Positions 1 to 12,957 are shown, counted from the whole stretch's first letter. The stretch is DNA of 63,990 bases, filler included, from Diploschistes diacapsis (GCA_023645945.1; 5 parts of 5 records of this genome joined end to end with filler, not necessarily neighbours in it), one strand, 5' to 3'. Translations and numbers: made by a program. Notes: a model not told the origin generated them from the sequence alone.

Positions 1-790
1 AATAAATATTTTTTTTTTAAAATTCTTATTAACGCTCGAATAGATATTTATATTATTAGAAACGCTCGCGCCGCGTAAAAAAGCGCCGGTATCGAATTTT
101 TCGATTTTTTTAAACCGATTTTTAAGGTTCCCGGCGTCGTCGACGACTTTCTTAATGTTTTTAAAGTTCGTTATATTTTATTTACGACGCTTTAAATTTT
201 CCGAGAGATGAATCTTTTAAAAAACGCCATTTTGGATTTTTAATAAGAATTAAAAGTGTCCCGAAGCTTTTTTAAAATGATTAAAGCGGTTAAGAAGGTT
301 TTTACGAAGGTTACGTTTCTGACGGTAAAAAATAAGAGGTTTAGGGAAGTTTCGATATATTATTAGAAACGTAAGCGTATTATTATAATTATAGAAGGTA
401 AATTTTTAATCTTTATAAAAGCTGCTGACGCGCGTTAGATTAAAAAAAAAGTATTTTACGAGGTAATTAGATAGGAAAGGTAGAAGCAGGCCAGGAAAGA
501 GAGGTTGGTAGTGCTTTAAGCTGCTGGAATTTATAAGAATAAGAAGATAATCTTAAAAGGAAGATTGGTTATCTTGGGGAAGCTTTTTAGCGTTAACGTC
601 GTCGACGTTGGCGATTAGATATGATTAGATGAATCTATAAGGTCAGATATAGCTACTATTCGATCTATAGGGCTTTAAATTAACTACTTTTAAAGATATT
701 TCATTTTGAATATTTATTATTATAGTTTTGTTATTGTATCACGTGTTCGGTTACTAGGGTCTGTTCGGGTACTAGGGTCACGACTCTAGT
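1..790 (+). mobile_element. RIP-degraded 3' end of a pogo/Fot1-like (Tc1/mariner superfamily) DNA transposon
   Basis: AT-rich, TpA-rich and CpA/TpG-poor. Reading through stops gives 'SAGIEFFDFFKP' (cf. pogo AGIxPFDP) and 'TTL*IFRE...FLTVKNKRFREVSIYY*KRKR' (cf. the TP...L..EN..LR....KRKR C-terminal tail). Ends in a TIR-like block with an internal 18-bp direct repeat (744-779). Confidence 0.65.
744..779. repeat. 2 x 18-bp direct repeat (TGTTCGGKTACTAGGGTC), probably within the right TIR of the transposon
   Basis: tgttcggttactagggtc (744-761) followed by tgttcgggtactagggtc (762-779), at the AT-rich/normal-GC boundary. Confidence 0.7.
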
Positions 791-1154
791 CATTGGCCCC
801 CCCAGGCAAGGCACACACACCAACAGCTCCTAAGATGTCACAGCGTTCTCCACGCGTAGACAATGTAGGACACGGCAAGAAGCATGGAACCCCGATACTT
901 ATCTGCTTGGTTTCTTGGAGACGTGATGACATCAGGATGGCATATCCATATCTAACTGCAATGAACGAGTCTCGACGTCACCTGCACTGAACACGACCCG
1001 GTTGAACAAAGAGGTGCAAGATGTCTATAAGAAGTTCAGGGAGCTCCAACTCAACACCGTATCTTTCTACATCTCCACATCATCAAAACTATCACCGCGT
1101 CTTCAAGTGAATCTTCGAATACCTCCAGACATATCCTCAAAGTCCGTTCCAGCC

Positions 1155-1557
1155 ATGGCTGAGTACCAAGACGAAGCACCAACTGGCGATGTCCAGGATA
1201 ACGACTACGTCAGTCGCACTGGACAAAGCCACATCCCAGTCACCAAGGACTCGGCCCCAGTTGAGGACCCCATTGACCCCAACACTGCCGATACCGATGC
1301 TCAACTAGGTGAGCAGTCACTGATTGATCTCCTTCGGAACACACTCTTTATCACCCTATCTATAACATATTGGGCCTTTTGCTAACGTGGTCCTAGAACG
1401 CGATGACGCCGAGGCCATTGACAAGAGTAATATCATCTCGAGCCGCACTCGCGGGGCACAGCCTTCCGGAGACTATCGCGAACCCGGTGACGAGGAAGGT
1501 ATTGAGGACGGTGGCGGAGCTGATGGCACCAGCCGTGGTGCCGGCACTCGGGTTTGA
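1155..1557 (+). CDS. Small acidic protein with histone chaperone CHZ-like motif (2 exons: 1155-1308, 1397-1557)
   Basis: ATG 1155; intron gtgagc..gctaac..tag 1309-1396; spliced product contains 'ERDDAEAIDKSNIISSRTRGA' (CHZ-type D..NII..RTRG motif); TGA 1555-1557. Confidence 0.75.
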
Positions 1558-2625
1558 TGCTGGACTGTATAGTGTTCTGGTGGAGTTTGGTGAAAGAAAT
1601 ACGAATTGCGCATCGTGCGAGTAACGAAGTTTTTATACTTTCAATATTATATGTACCCTAACATCACGACAATGACAACACCGATCTTAATGGTTGTATC
1701 TCGTTTGAACTGTGATTAGAGGCAGTTATCACAGGAACCTCTGGCCATATCCGTTCGTAATCTTTAATCACCAGAAATCTATTGTACTATTATTTTTGTC
1801 TTTACATACTCTATGATTTTTCAGGATAATGCGCACGAGTTCTAATGGCAGCGTGAAGAATGATATAGTACCTTGTCTTGTGCAAAGAAATCAAAAACAT
1901 ATAGAATAGTAGTATCTACCTAACTTGGCACCAAGTAAGGCAGGCAGGTCTTCATCTGCGGGCGGCGGGCCATATAGTCATGGTCCTGCGCCGTGGTTCC
2001 ACATTGGCTATGTATTACTCGCTTACAAGTCATGGTGCCATCTTCTACGACTCCTGTTTTGAGCATAGACAATGTTGTCTACAAATGAAGTGCTGCCATT
2101 CTCGATCCTTACCCCTGAACATCCACAATCACAATTAGCCCAACGCAAATCTATCTCCAGTGATAGGAACCTGGTGTCAGCCATCGCATTTCCTGCTTTA
2201 TCGTAAAACGGCGTGTTCTCTGTTACTCAATTGCTCTCCGCATTGTGCAAGGAATATTCTCACATATGTGGCTGTGCCGCGTCTGTCTCATTAAACGTCG
2301 TGTCCGAGACACACGGCCTGGCTGGAGAACAAATTCTGCAAGTCGGCGGCATTGTCAGCAGAGACTATTTCCTCTCCATTTGCGCCTCGTTTCACTTTCT
2401 GCAGAAGGGGATTTGCACATTTCTGTCAATGTTCTGCAGTAGCGCAGCCCCCAGCCAATTCTGCAGTCAAGGCGGCCGCGCCTATAGACAGCCTGACTAG
2501 CTAGCCATCATCTATGTGCGTTCTCCATACCTTCGGAGCGAGCCTTGGTTTTCCTCGATCGCTACTTGGGCGCTTCTAGGTCTTTCGCAGCCCGGCAATT
2601 GCACACCCAGAGCTTGCGGGGATGC

Positions 2626-5199
2626 ATGGACCTTGAGCACAATTATCCTCTTCCTGCAGGCCAGTCGACACATGTCGGAATGGAAGAGACTCGCATTGCA
2701 GAGCGAGTCCCAAATGGACCTGAGGGGTCGTTGGTGGGCGGAAAATCCCTGAAAAAGAAGAAGAGCTTGAAACAACTGTTTATACCGAGTCGGCAAAAGA
2801 GTCAGAAATCGAGGACACCACCGTCGTCAGGATTAAAACCCCCAAATGCACATTCTCTAGGGGACCATCCGCTTCCTAGCAAAGCAAGAAGTCTATCCAC
2901 CACCCCAGCCAAGACCTTCAGCGTAATGTTCAACGAGCGGATACCAGGCCTTGAGACAAATCAGAACAGGTTGCATAGTGCGGAGCCATTACGGGTAAAT
3001 CACGAGGATAATGATATTCAGAAGGCAGAAAGAGCAAGGGCATACACCACGCAAGACTTCTCTCGGACTGCGGCTGGACGGCGGCCTATACCACATGATC
3101 AAACATTATCTTCCCAACTCGACAATACCTCGAAAACTTCGCCCAGATCCCCAACATACGGCTCTCATGATGTCTCACCGAGATCTCTACAACGATCCGT
3201 CACAGAAGGGGCTGGAGGCATGACCATGAAGCCCGCAACTTACATACCAAAGTTCGGTCCGCAACCGCTCGAGTCCCCAACGCCATCACAAACTACACCG
3301 CGCGTCGGAGAACCTCTTTCGTTCGAGTTGCGCCACTCACAGGTGCAGTCCAGCAGCACTCGGGTCAGTAGCTATGGAAACTTAATGGACAAGGAGGTTC
3401 ATTTGCCAGAACAGTGCCAGCGTATAGCGTGGAACCCAGTATTTGACGTTAGGGAGAGCATCATCTCGGGACAGAGCACAGGCTCAAGCTTGCTCGACTC
3501 GACGAGTACGAAGCACAGTAGCGTATTCACCAAAGATAGTGCATTAACCGACACGACGATTGATGCAGAAGGTGCCGACGAGTCCAAGTATGGCATGACC
3601 GTTGATGATGCGATTGATCTATACATTAAAGGCTTTCATGACGATGATATCCCAGAGGACACGCACACGGCAGGTGTTCACGTGGAAGAGGAAGTGCCGC
3701 AACGCTCGAGCCGAATAGCTGAGGCCATGGGCGACACGATAGGATCAGTCTCCGAAGCACCAGGACTGTCCCATCCTGGAGGGATCTTGAAGACATCGTC
3801 CGCTGCAGCAGTCTCCGAAACAGCCATCCAAGCCCTGGACCATCGCCCGCCACCGTTACAAAGGCCTACAGCTACCCATGACCAGTACGGATTCAAAAAG
3901 GCGTCCCGGGATGTCTCGATCGAGGCTTACGATACATGGCACAGCAAATATTCGCCATACCAGGAGAGAAGGAACGACAAGTGGAGGAGTTGGCTACAGT
4001 CTCAAGGCCTGTCGACGGGCGACCCTGCTTGGTTCCCCACACCTTCGACCAAGACTCAAAGGTTTATCCGGAAGGGGGTTCCGCCTGCTCGACGTGGAGA
4101 GGTTTGGTTCTTCTACTCGGGGGGGAACGAGTTTCTCCTGAAACGACCTGGGCACTACTCTCGCCTGGTCGAGAAATGTCAGACACCTGCATTGTCCGCG
4201 AAAGATAGGGAAGCCATCGAACGTGACCTCCACAGAACCTTTCCGGAAAACATCCACTTCAAGCCGCAAACAGCCGGGAACGTTTCCGACAACCCACTTT
4301 CCTCTCCCATAGAAACACCCATCTTGTCTGCGCTTCGGCGGCTGCTCTCCGCTTTCGCTATCGACCATCCGGCGATTGGATACTGCCAGTCGCTGAATTT
4401 CATAGCTGGCCTATTGCTGCTTTTCCTGCCGGAAGAGAAGGCTTTCTGGATGCTTCACGTCATCACCACCCGCCTTCTGCCCGGTTCCCACGAAGAGTCT
4501 CTCGAGGGCACGGACGTCGACACCTGGGTCTTGATGCTGGCGCTGAAGGACCAGAACCCCGGCATCTGGGCAAAGGTTGGTGGGGACGTGCACAGCGATA
4601 CCCGGTATCTTCCCGACATCTCAATGTGCACCACCTCCTGGTTCATGAGCGTATTCATCGGCAACTTGCCCATCGAGGGCGTGCTCAGGGTGTGGGACGT
4701 GCTGTTCTACGAGGGGAGCAAGACACTCTTCCGCATCGCACTGGCCATATTCCGGTGCGGCGAGGAAGGGATCAAGCGGATTCAGGACCCGATGGAGACG
4801 CTCCAGGTCATTCAGACCCTGCCGAGGAAGATGCTGGACGTGGGAGATTTGTTCGAGACGGCCTTCGGTCGCGGCGAGGTGGGCAAGAAGTGGATCGAGA
4901 AGAAGCGGCTGGAGCGGAAGGAGTACCACATCAAGCGGCGGGCGGCGGAGAGGGCCCGGAAAGAGTCTGGGGACTTTGCGCGCAAGGGGTCGGACTCGAA
5001 GTCGTTGAAGGACATGCCGTCGCCTTCGATGATCGGGGAGGAAGAAGAGCCGATGCCGTCCATGCAGCCGGCCTCGACCAAGGGCAGGCACAGGCACTGG
5101 TTTGGCAAGGGCAATGTAAAAGAGAGGGAGCGGCACAGCGAGCGATATGGTCTGGAATCGGGCGTTCCAACGCTGGTAACTGGGGGCGGACATGGGTGA
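2626..5199 (+). CDS. TBC-domain Rab GTPase-activating protein (Msb3/Gyp3-like)
   Basis: ORF 2545-5199 with first ATG at 2626; TBC motifs 'DQYGF', 'RFIRKGVP..RGEVW', 'IERDLHRTFP', 'GYCQSLNFIAG', 'LRVWDVLFYEG'. Confidence 0.92.
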   Translation: MDLEHNYPLPAGQSTHVGMEETRIAERVPNGPEGSLVGGKSLKKKKSLKQLFIPSRQKSQKSRTPPSSGLKPPNAHSLGDHPLPSKARSLSTTPAKTFSVMFNERIPGLETNQNRLHSAEPLRVNHEDNDIQKAERARAYTTQDFSRTAAGRRPIPHDQTLSSQLDNTSKTSPRSPTYGSHDVSPRSLQRSVTEGAGGMTMKPATYIPKFGPQPLESPTPSQTTPRVGEPLSFELRHSQVQSSSTRVSSYGNLMDKEVHLPEQCQRIAWNPVFDVRESIISGQSTGSSLLDSTSTKHSSVFTKDSALTDTTIDAEGADESKYGMTVDDAIDLYIKGFHDDDIPEDTHTAGVHVEEEVPQRSSRIAEAMGDTIGSVSEAPGLSHPGGILKTSSAAAVSETAIQALDHRPPPLQRPTATHDQYGFKKASRDVSIEAYDTWHSKYSPYQERRNDKWRSWLQSQGLSTGDPAWFPTPSTKTQRFIRKGVPPARRGEVWFFYSGGNEFLLKRPGHYSRLVEKCQTPALSAKDREAIERDLHRTFPENIHFKPQTAGNVSDNPLSSPIETPILSALRRLLSAFAIDHPAIGYCQSLNFIAGLLLLFLPEEKAFWMLHVITTRLLPGSHEESLEGTDVDTWVLMLALKDQNPGIWAKVGGDVHSDTRYLPDISMCTTSWFMSVFIGNLPIEGVLRVWDVLFYEGSKTLFRIALAIFRCGEEGIKRIQDPMETLQVIQTLPRKMLDVGDLFETAFGRGEVGKKWIEKKRLERKEYHIKRRAAERARKESGDFARKGSDSKSLKDMPSPSMIGEEEEPMPSMQPASTKGRHRHWFGKGNVKERERHSERYGLESGVPTLVTGGGHG

Positions 5200-5999
5200 C
5201 CTTTTGTTGTACACATGGGGGAGCATTTGCGGGTTCAGCGTTCAATGATTTTTACGAGAGAGAGAGAGAGAGAGACGAAGCTCACATACACTTGGGAATG
5301 GTAGCAAAATCTCATGCGGATTTCCGCGCGCGGCTGTCGATGAAAAGGGGTGGTGGGTACATAGCATACACAATATTATACGATTAACCTTGCCAAAATG
5401 CTCCCGACGTGTAATGAGAGGAGGTTGCGAGTCGGTGCTCTTGCGATGGGCCTTGCCCCAATCGGTTCTTTATCCGACGCTGTAGAAAGATCGACTTCTT
5501 GTACCCCGCCATAAGCCATAATAATAATCTGACGTCTGACTGACGGATCACCTTCCCCTTCCTTTCTTTCCCCGGATTTGGCCGCTCAAGGTAAATATGA
5601 GCTTCCAAGCCTCCAATCGGGAGCTCTGCCTGTCTCTCTGCCTGTGCCTGTTGTTGTACCTGTGTTTTTTGTGTCCAATGACGGAGCTGAAAAGTTGAAA
5701 TTTATTTTCTCTTATTATGAGTGAGTAAGTGTGTTGTGCCCTGCCTTTAACTATTCCTTGCTGGGACAAGTTGCGCCACCACTCAGGCCCACTTGGACTC
5801 GGAGCAGCCACTCATTTCCTTTTCGTATAAAAGCTGTCGCTCTCCCGGTTGTTGTCTTGTCACCTGCAAGTTTGCTGTTGATTAGCCTTCCATTGTTGTC
5901 CATACCATTGCATCCACCTGTACTTTAACCTTCATACATACATACATACATACATCCATACATCCATACTACTACCTCGCATAATTTAATATAGCAAAG

Positions 6000-6804
6000 A
6001 TGCAGCTCAAGGCTTCTGCTCTCGCCATTGCCCTCGCGGCCTGCCAGGCCTACGCGCAAGACCTCAGCAACCTGCCGCAGTGTGCCGAGGGCCCAGCTCT
6101 CCAGGCCATTGGCTCGACCGGATGCTCGCTCACCGACTTTTCCTGCATCTGCAAAGACCAGAAGTTCCTCACCATGCTCGAGCCTCAAATTCAAGCCGCG
6201 TGCGATCCGGCAGACCTGCAAAGTACGTAGTCTTTTGCGCTTACGTTGCTGTTCCTACGCCTCGGCCCAAACTCAAAAATAGCTGAACCGTGCACTAACA
6301 TGGCCAAAAACAGAGGCTCTCACATTCGCCCAACAAACTTGCGCTTCCGCCGGCGTGACCCTATCCATCCCGTCGCTAACTACGACCGGCACCGGTGCCT
6401 CGGCGACGGGCTCGTCGGCAATGTCCATTACTAGTTCCGCAAGCATGGCCTCTGGATCCAACACCATCCCCATGGGCCCCGGCCCCGTCATGACAGGCTC
6501 ATCGAATGCCACCGCATCCATGAGCAGTTTGTCCGGCAACGTCGTCACAAGTATAGTCTCTGCCGCCGCGAGTCTTGCCTCGAGTATCGCCAGCAACAAC
6601 GCCACCGCTACCGCAACAGGCTCAGGGGCTTCGGCCAGCGGTTCTGCTTCCGCCTCGGGCTCCGGAGGATCAGGCTCGGGTGGATCGACGGCGTCCGGAT
6701 CCGCTGCTTCATCAGCGAGCACGGCAGGCGCTGCGGCAGGTGCGGCAGTTCAAGGCGGCGTTGGACTCCTGGCTGGTGCGTTGGGAGCTTTGCTTGCCCT
6801 GTAA
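6000..6804 (+). CDS. CFEM-domain, Ser/Thr/Gly-rich GPI-anchored cell-surface protein (2 exons: 6000-6222, 6314-6804)
   Basis: Signal peptide MQLKASALAIALAACQAYA; CFEM-like cysteines LPQCA..GCSLTDFSCIC..AACDPAD..QTCASAGV; intron gtacgt..ctaac..cag 6223-6313; hydrophobic C-terminus GVGLLAGALGALLAL. Confidence 0.9.
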
Positions 6805-7776
6805 GAGTATCGGTCGCAAACCCGACGAGGTTATTGGGGGTTGGTTACGCTGGATATGCATGATTGGATGATACGTGAATATATTGTGTCATATTGCCAT
6901 ACATACACAGTAGAGTTATTGGGTTCGAGGGTAAATGGAAAGCCATACCTCCTAATATGAACGCAACATGCTCTAATGATTTTTTTTTTTGCAAACATCT
7001 TACTTGCTTTTATCCAGTAGCTTAGTTTCCGAGCATTGAAGAAGGGTCGCATTGTCTCAAGGCTGGACAGTCCTGATTGTCTAACCCCTGAACATTTACT
7101 GGCGTATCATTCTTTAGCAAACTTATTTATAGCTATCTCTGCATGAACACAATACAACACCTCATCCCCAATTATCATATCATCTGATTTCTCCATTTAT
7201 GAAGCCGACGATCAACCTTTTTGTCTGACCAACTACTGGAGACTAAGCTTACTGAGTCGTGGAAGCGGATACAATGGACAATCCTCCTGAATTCAGGTGT
7301 GTGCTGGGGTCAAAGCTTGCAAAAAGAAGCTTCGTAGCCGTCGTTACATAATCCATTTCTCAGCGAACTGGCCTTTCAGCCTACGCCGTACTCGGGGCAT
7401 CATCTTGTTAATCTGCAGTCTTCCTTCAAAGAGAAACCGGTCTTCTCTGTTATCTGGTTATCGAAACCTTTTCCTTCTTTTCGCATCTTGCCTCGTCTTC
7501 CTGTCGTTCATTCCGCAGACTTCTGACTTTAGTTATTTGTACGACTTCGAGGAGGTGCAAGGGAGAGCTTATCAAGAATTCAGGCCCAGCGTCAATGACC
7601 CCGAATGCTGCATTCACTCCAATGAGCGGCTGATCAACGTCGCGAACATACTCTGTGTTCGTCACAGTCACACCAGTCTCCGTTTGCGACGCCGAACGAG
7701 CACGTACCGGTGGAACGGGCATTCAACGGCAAAAATAGTCTAAATACCGCTTTCGCACCTCTCTCGAGCCCTCACA

Positions 7777-9344
7777 ATGCGGCCAAAGGTCAACGGATAC
7801 ATGAATGGATACCTCGAGAAAGCGCGGGCTTCGATGGGCGAACCTCTCATGGATCCATCTGCGCAAAAGTCTGCCATGCAAGATACCAGTTGGGCCGACG
7901 TGTGTACCCAAGCCTGCATATCACTACCAAGAGTCCCCAGGCTGACCAAAACTCTTCACCTAGGGTCTCCGAGGCATCGCTGCGCTCTTCGTCGTCTCTT
8001 CCCACATCGTCCTCTGTTTTGCCCGACGGCTCGTCCTCCCGTGTTGCGGTAACGTCGAGGGCGTGCCAATGTTATGGCAGCGACCCATATTCCGGCTCCT
8101 GGCCCAGGGCCATTCCTGGGTCGCCATGTTCCTCGTTCTATCGGGCTTCGTCAACGCGCTCAAGCCGCTGAAACTGGCCCGCTCGGGGCAGGTAGAAAAC
8201 GCCCTCACAAATCTTGCGCTGGCGTCCTTCCGGCGGACGTTCCGCCTGATGCTGCCGGCGGCAGCAGCCACAGTAGCCAGCTGGGTCATATGTCAGTTGG
8301 GCATGTACGAGCTCTCGAGAAACGGGGACGCATATTGGCTGTACACCTACACTCCGGTCATGAGCTACAGTTGGGGCACGGCACTTGAGGACCTCGTCAA
8401 AGGTCTGCGGGCGACGTGGACGATATGGGAGATAAATCCCTACGATCAGCCGCAGTGGGCTCTCATCTACCTCCTGGAGGGCAGCATGTTCGTCTTCTGC
8501 GCCTTGCTCATGGTAGTCAACCTCGCACCGGCTTGGCGCATGGGCATGCTCGCTTTCTTTGCGCTCTGGTCCTTGGACTGGAGCGTGAAGTATCGTGATC
8601 GTAAGACACTGTGCTACCTCTCCTTTTTCGTTTGAACACTGACAACTTTACATCGCAGCTCTGGTCGGCTTCACCATATTCCCCGGCATCATCCTCGCCG
8701 AAGTCTCCCTTACCACCCTTCCCGAGCGTTTATCCCGCCTCTCACCCGTCCTCGCACCTCCTCTCGTCTTCCTTGGGCTCTTCCTCATGTCTCAGCCCAC
8801 CGAACTTCAGCGCTCCGCCGCTTGGTCCAGCTACATTCTGGAGCTCGGCAACAAGATCTTTCCACCACAGATCGACATGGCCCGTGGCTGGGGCTCTCTT
8901 GGGTGCATGGTGCTGCTCGTTGGCGTCATCATTTCCCCGCACGCCCGGCGCCTTCTTTCGCGCAAACCTCTCCTCTGGCTCGGCAAGGTCTCTTTCCCCA
9001 TCTACCTCCTGCATGGTACCTTCATGCGCAGTATGCTGGCGTGGTTCACCTTTGCGGGGCAGACACCACAGCCGTTCGAGATTCCAGCGGGTAACGAGGG
9101 TGATACGGTCTCTGTACACCGATATCCGCAGCCCGGGAACTTCAGAATACTGGTGAGCATTACCCTCAGCATGGGAGCCATGCTCGTGGCGGCACATTAC
9201 TGGGCGAAGAATGTGGAGCCCGTGTTTGGGAAGATTACAAAGTACGCAGAGGATATGATGTTCGGGAGGGGCGATGGAGGCGGACGCCAGGGGAATTCGG
9301 GGAGGCCGATGCTGCCCGTCAGGAAAGAGCAGGGGAGAGATTGA
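7777..9344 (+). CDS. Acyltransferase family 3 membrane protein (3 exons: 7777-7899, 7964-8600, 8659-9344)
   Basis: Splicing creates the family motif 'WADGLRGIAALFVVSSH'; also 'VAMFLVLSGFV', 'RRTFRLMLP', 'LWLGKVSFPIYLLHG'. Confidence 0.88.
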
Positions 9345-10255
9345 ATAAAACCATGACAAGAAGACAGAATGCACATGTATGACATTCGTTATGACATTCA
9401 TTATTGTTAAATTTTTTTTTTTTTTTTGTAGTCTAAGATTTGACCTCCGCAAGCCAAAGATGGGAGAGCGAGGACTATAAGTTTGTCCCCCCCCCCCAAC
9501 TCCACGGATCTTTGAGTAAGGAACCTGGGACCTACGGGAGGTAACTGATGCTCTATTTCAATGGATCTTTTTTTTTTGACGGCTTAGCTCGCGCTTGTAC
9601 GATGTTGCTTTTTTGAAGTCGAGTAAACGACCACCACCCCTATTGCCTTGAGGGCGCTGTCAAGGTATGTATGCCATGGCATACCCAGGTCGTTTTTCGC
9701 CATTGCCCCTGGGTTTGGAGAATGGGGTGTGATGCTGGGATGGGATGGGATGGGATAGGATAGGATAGCAGGATCGCTGGTAGATGGAGAGAAGTCTTTT
9801 CCCGGGCCTAAATTCCAACTTTAGTCCCAAGAGGCCTGAGATTGCTGTAAGGCAGGCCGATGAGTACGCTTTCTGGGGTATCAATGGGCTAATTGGTGAA
9901 CTAGTGTGGTCCCGCATAAAATATATCAGTTTAGTTCAATGGTAGAATCCTAGTATTGTTGGCCCTTTTTGCAATATCACAACTAGGATGGGAGTGGCCA
10001 AAATGAGGTCTGGAAGACACGACGCCCGGAGAGGCTATGATGATTTCGAGTCTACTCTTTTTCGGGTCGAGAGCTTCAAGCGCGCGTCATGAAAGTCTTT
10101 CGCTTGCCACTGTACTTTGTAGCGGTGCTGGGCACGATGAGCTCCGCATCTTCACAGTTCGGTTGTTCTCCTTCACGCCATGGCCCAAATGCGGAGCGAT
10201 GGCTGAGTATACTTTATTAGCCCCTTCCGATGTGAATCTCTGAGGACCATAGTGC

Positions 10256-11431
10256 GTGATTTGTTTTCAAAATTGGCATAATGAGCCAAGACTACTACTA
10301 TTCCGTTGCTTTTGTCTTACCACCCGTCGGCTAACTTCACCTACGGGGTGGTCGTTTTGCCAGACGCGAGCCGTCAACTTCCGTCGCCTGGTTTACGCGG
10401 AGGCCACTCTCACTGCCATGGATAGACAGAGGAGGAGGAGTCTGTGGCGTGCCCTGGAGCACTGCGCCGAGCCGTTAAACCATCCGCTGCTCCTACCGAT
10501 CATCTTGACCAACAATGTGATAGGCTTGGCTGCGAGGAGAGAGTTTCAAGCAGCACAGCCCATCGCGCGGATAAAAAACACGATCTCAAGACGTGAAAGG
10601 AGAATACTGACCGGTTCGAGAAGAGGATGGACGACGCAGTTGCGCCCTTCGAGGAGGAGCTCCCAGAAGTCATTCTACGAGGCGCAGTCGATCGAATGGC
10701 GCTGCAAATGCCACGCAGAGTCTATTGCAGAATTTCGTCAAGATACATCTCGAAGCTTCGCTCGGGGAAGGCCAAGTAACCACTGCAGTTCGCTTGAAAA
10801 GATCGAACAGCAGTCCGAATATCTAGGAGAGCGTATGCAGAACTTACGAAACACCCGGCGCGACATACTGGAAAAGACGGAGTACTTCAGAGAACCCGAA
10901 ACCTTCCACCTCTCGAACCTCAGCCTCATCCGGGAGGACTTTGGCAACCTAATCAGCCGCAGCATCGCCGAAGCCACGAAGCAGGATAGCGAGGCCATGA
11001 GATGATCGCCGAGGACACGAAGAGGGACAGCTCGTCGATGAAGGCTGTTGCCTTGCTAACCATGCTCTTCCTGCCTAGCACATATGTCTGGGTAAGCGAA
11101 TCCGCTCTGTCAAGGAGAAAGAAACTGGAACAACTAGCTCACCACGGCGTAGAGACTGCCGGCTAAACCCCTCTTCGCCTGGGACGGAGCAAATGCAGCA
11201 TCTCCTTCGCTAAAGCCCGGTGCGTGGCTGTATCTCGCCCTCACCATATCCCTGAGCGTCGTGACGCTGGCCTCGTGGGGAGCGTACATGTGGTATAGGA
11301 AGCAAGCGGGAGAAGCCCGTACCCGCCAAACAAGCAGCTGGTGGCAAGGAGAGGGAGGAGTGGCCTCCGCAAAGTCGTGGCACCCCGTGTTAGGAAAGGC
11401 AGCAGACCTTCCTCTGGTGGAGATGCAATGA
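10256..11431 (+). pseudogene. CorA-like (Mg2+ transporter C-terminal domain) fungal membrane protein, frameshifted; 5' boundary uncertain
   Basis: 'HPLLLPIIL' and 'SIAEATKQDSEAMR' in one frame, then after a frameshift near 11002 'IAEDTKRDSSSMKAVALLTMLFLPSTYV'; probable intron 11092-11151; then 'WLYLALTISLSVVTLASWGAY'. Confidence 0.6.
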
Positions 11432-12957
11432 TGCGCTTCACTAGGCACGGTCAAGCGGTCCTGCAGCGACTATTTCATCGAGCTCACAAGGTTGCCGGGA
11501 TGCAAGGGCGTGGAGCGAGCGAGCATCTGATGCCTCGCCACAAGACCGGAGCGCAAAGCGCCCTTCTGATGGGCTCCTTTGCGAGGCGACGTTGCCGTTG
11601 GTTTGCATATCCCAACATGATCGAAAACCACATCACCAATCTGTGGTTCCGCCCTTGCAACAACATGTGTGGGAAAGCCCCGTGGGGCGTTACGAGGCCC
11701 CTTGCTCGGCCACGGGACGCTCCATGCACACCATCCACACAACTGAAAAATTTGCACGACACCATATCCGCCTCCGGTCCGCCACTCCATATCACCCCCT
11801 GAACTAACGCTCAGGCCTCCTCGACCACTTTGCACTCCATAGACACTCACAACAAGGGAGCCAACAGCACCAAGACTCTCTTCCTAAATTATCTCGCGAG
11901 GGAATATGCCGTGCGTCGACCCCCAGCACCCCGGGGAGCACTGCAGGGAAAGGTACGGTGTCCGGGTGATGGAAGAAGACCACTTGCGTCGTCGGTGGAA
12001 GGTCTGCTGGAGATGCGGCATGTGGGGGCGACGAGTGGGTGTTGTTCGACAAAAGGGTAGGAAGGGGGCTCGTGCTGAGGAGGAAAGAGACGGCAAAATG
12101 AGGAGGACGAGGAGGAGAAAGAGGGTTGACGGGGGAAGAAGCAGCAAGAGAACCGAAGGAGGGATGCTAAAGGACGATATAAAAAAAATAGCGAAAAGAG
12201 AGGAGAGGAAGGGAGGTTGTGCGAAGCACGCTTCTGCACTTTGAGGCGCGCGCGGTCACAGCACCTGTACCTACGGAGACAGAGGATAACGCGTATAAGG
12301 TGAAATGCGTGCTTTGTTGTGTAGGGGGTTTTCCCCTGCAATATAAATAGGGGCCTTGGAGGGGAGGGGTTGAGGGGCATATAAATCACCATATAGACAG
12401 ACACACACTGAAGCCATATGGTTGTTTGATTGGGAAACCCGATGAACTTGGGAACGAATATTTGGTTTATTATCGGCAAACACTACGCTCCCAACGAATC
12501 TGCTCTTTTTGGCGGCTATTTGGCTTCGGTCCATTGACTGCGATCGACTCGGAGTTTTGGGTCTACTAGGTTATCTGATCGTAGGAGCCCTGTATGCATT
12601 GCTTCTGACCTCCTGTCTCCTGTCGTTGTTCGGCAGGCATGCGAGAGAACCCGATGGTGCTGGAGATTAGCAGAGTTGAGGGTCCGCGCATGTTTTCTTG
12701 TCAAGTCACGGCGCTCATTGCCCAAGGGTTTTCCCCGTTCTCAAGGGACCTGATTGCCAGGGGCCCCCCTTTTTGTCAAAACACTGAAGTTGTTCAACGG
12801 GGAACGATATAGCAGAAGACAAAGCTGCTTACTTACTCCCTCCCGATTTTTAACCGAGTTCACCGCTGTCTGGTGTTATGCGGTGGGGGTTGGCGCTCCC
12901 GACGATGTCGGTGCAACCGCCCAGGCTCCATTTGTTTGCCCGGGCCCAGCATCCCTC

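Noticed and set aside
4621..5387. Long overlapping alternative-frame and antisense ORFs (201-253 aa) in the TBC gene 3' end
   Set aside because: Expected by-product of GC3-rich codon usage; no recognisable domains.
9926..10000. tRNA-like D-arm (TAGTTCAATGGTAGAAT) followed by an inverted repeat ATCCTAGT..ACTAGGAT
   Set aside because: No T-arm (GTTCRA) and no acceptor stem pairing, so it cannot be called a tRNA.
11341..12957. Several overlapping 70-200 aa ORFs and a possible hairpin near 12880-12925
   Set aside because: No domain motifs or consistent splice structure, and no match I can recognise to a known ncRNA family.
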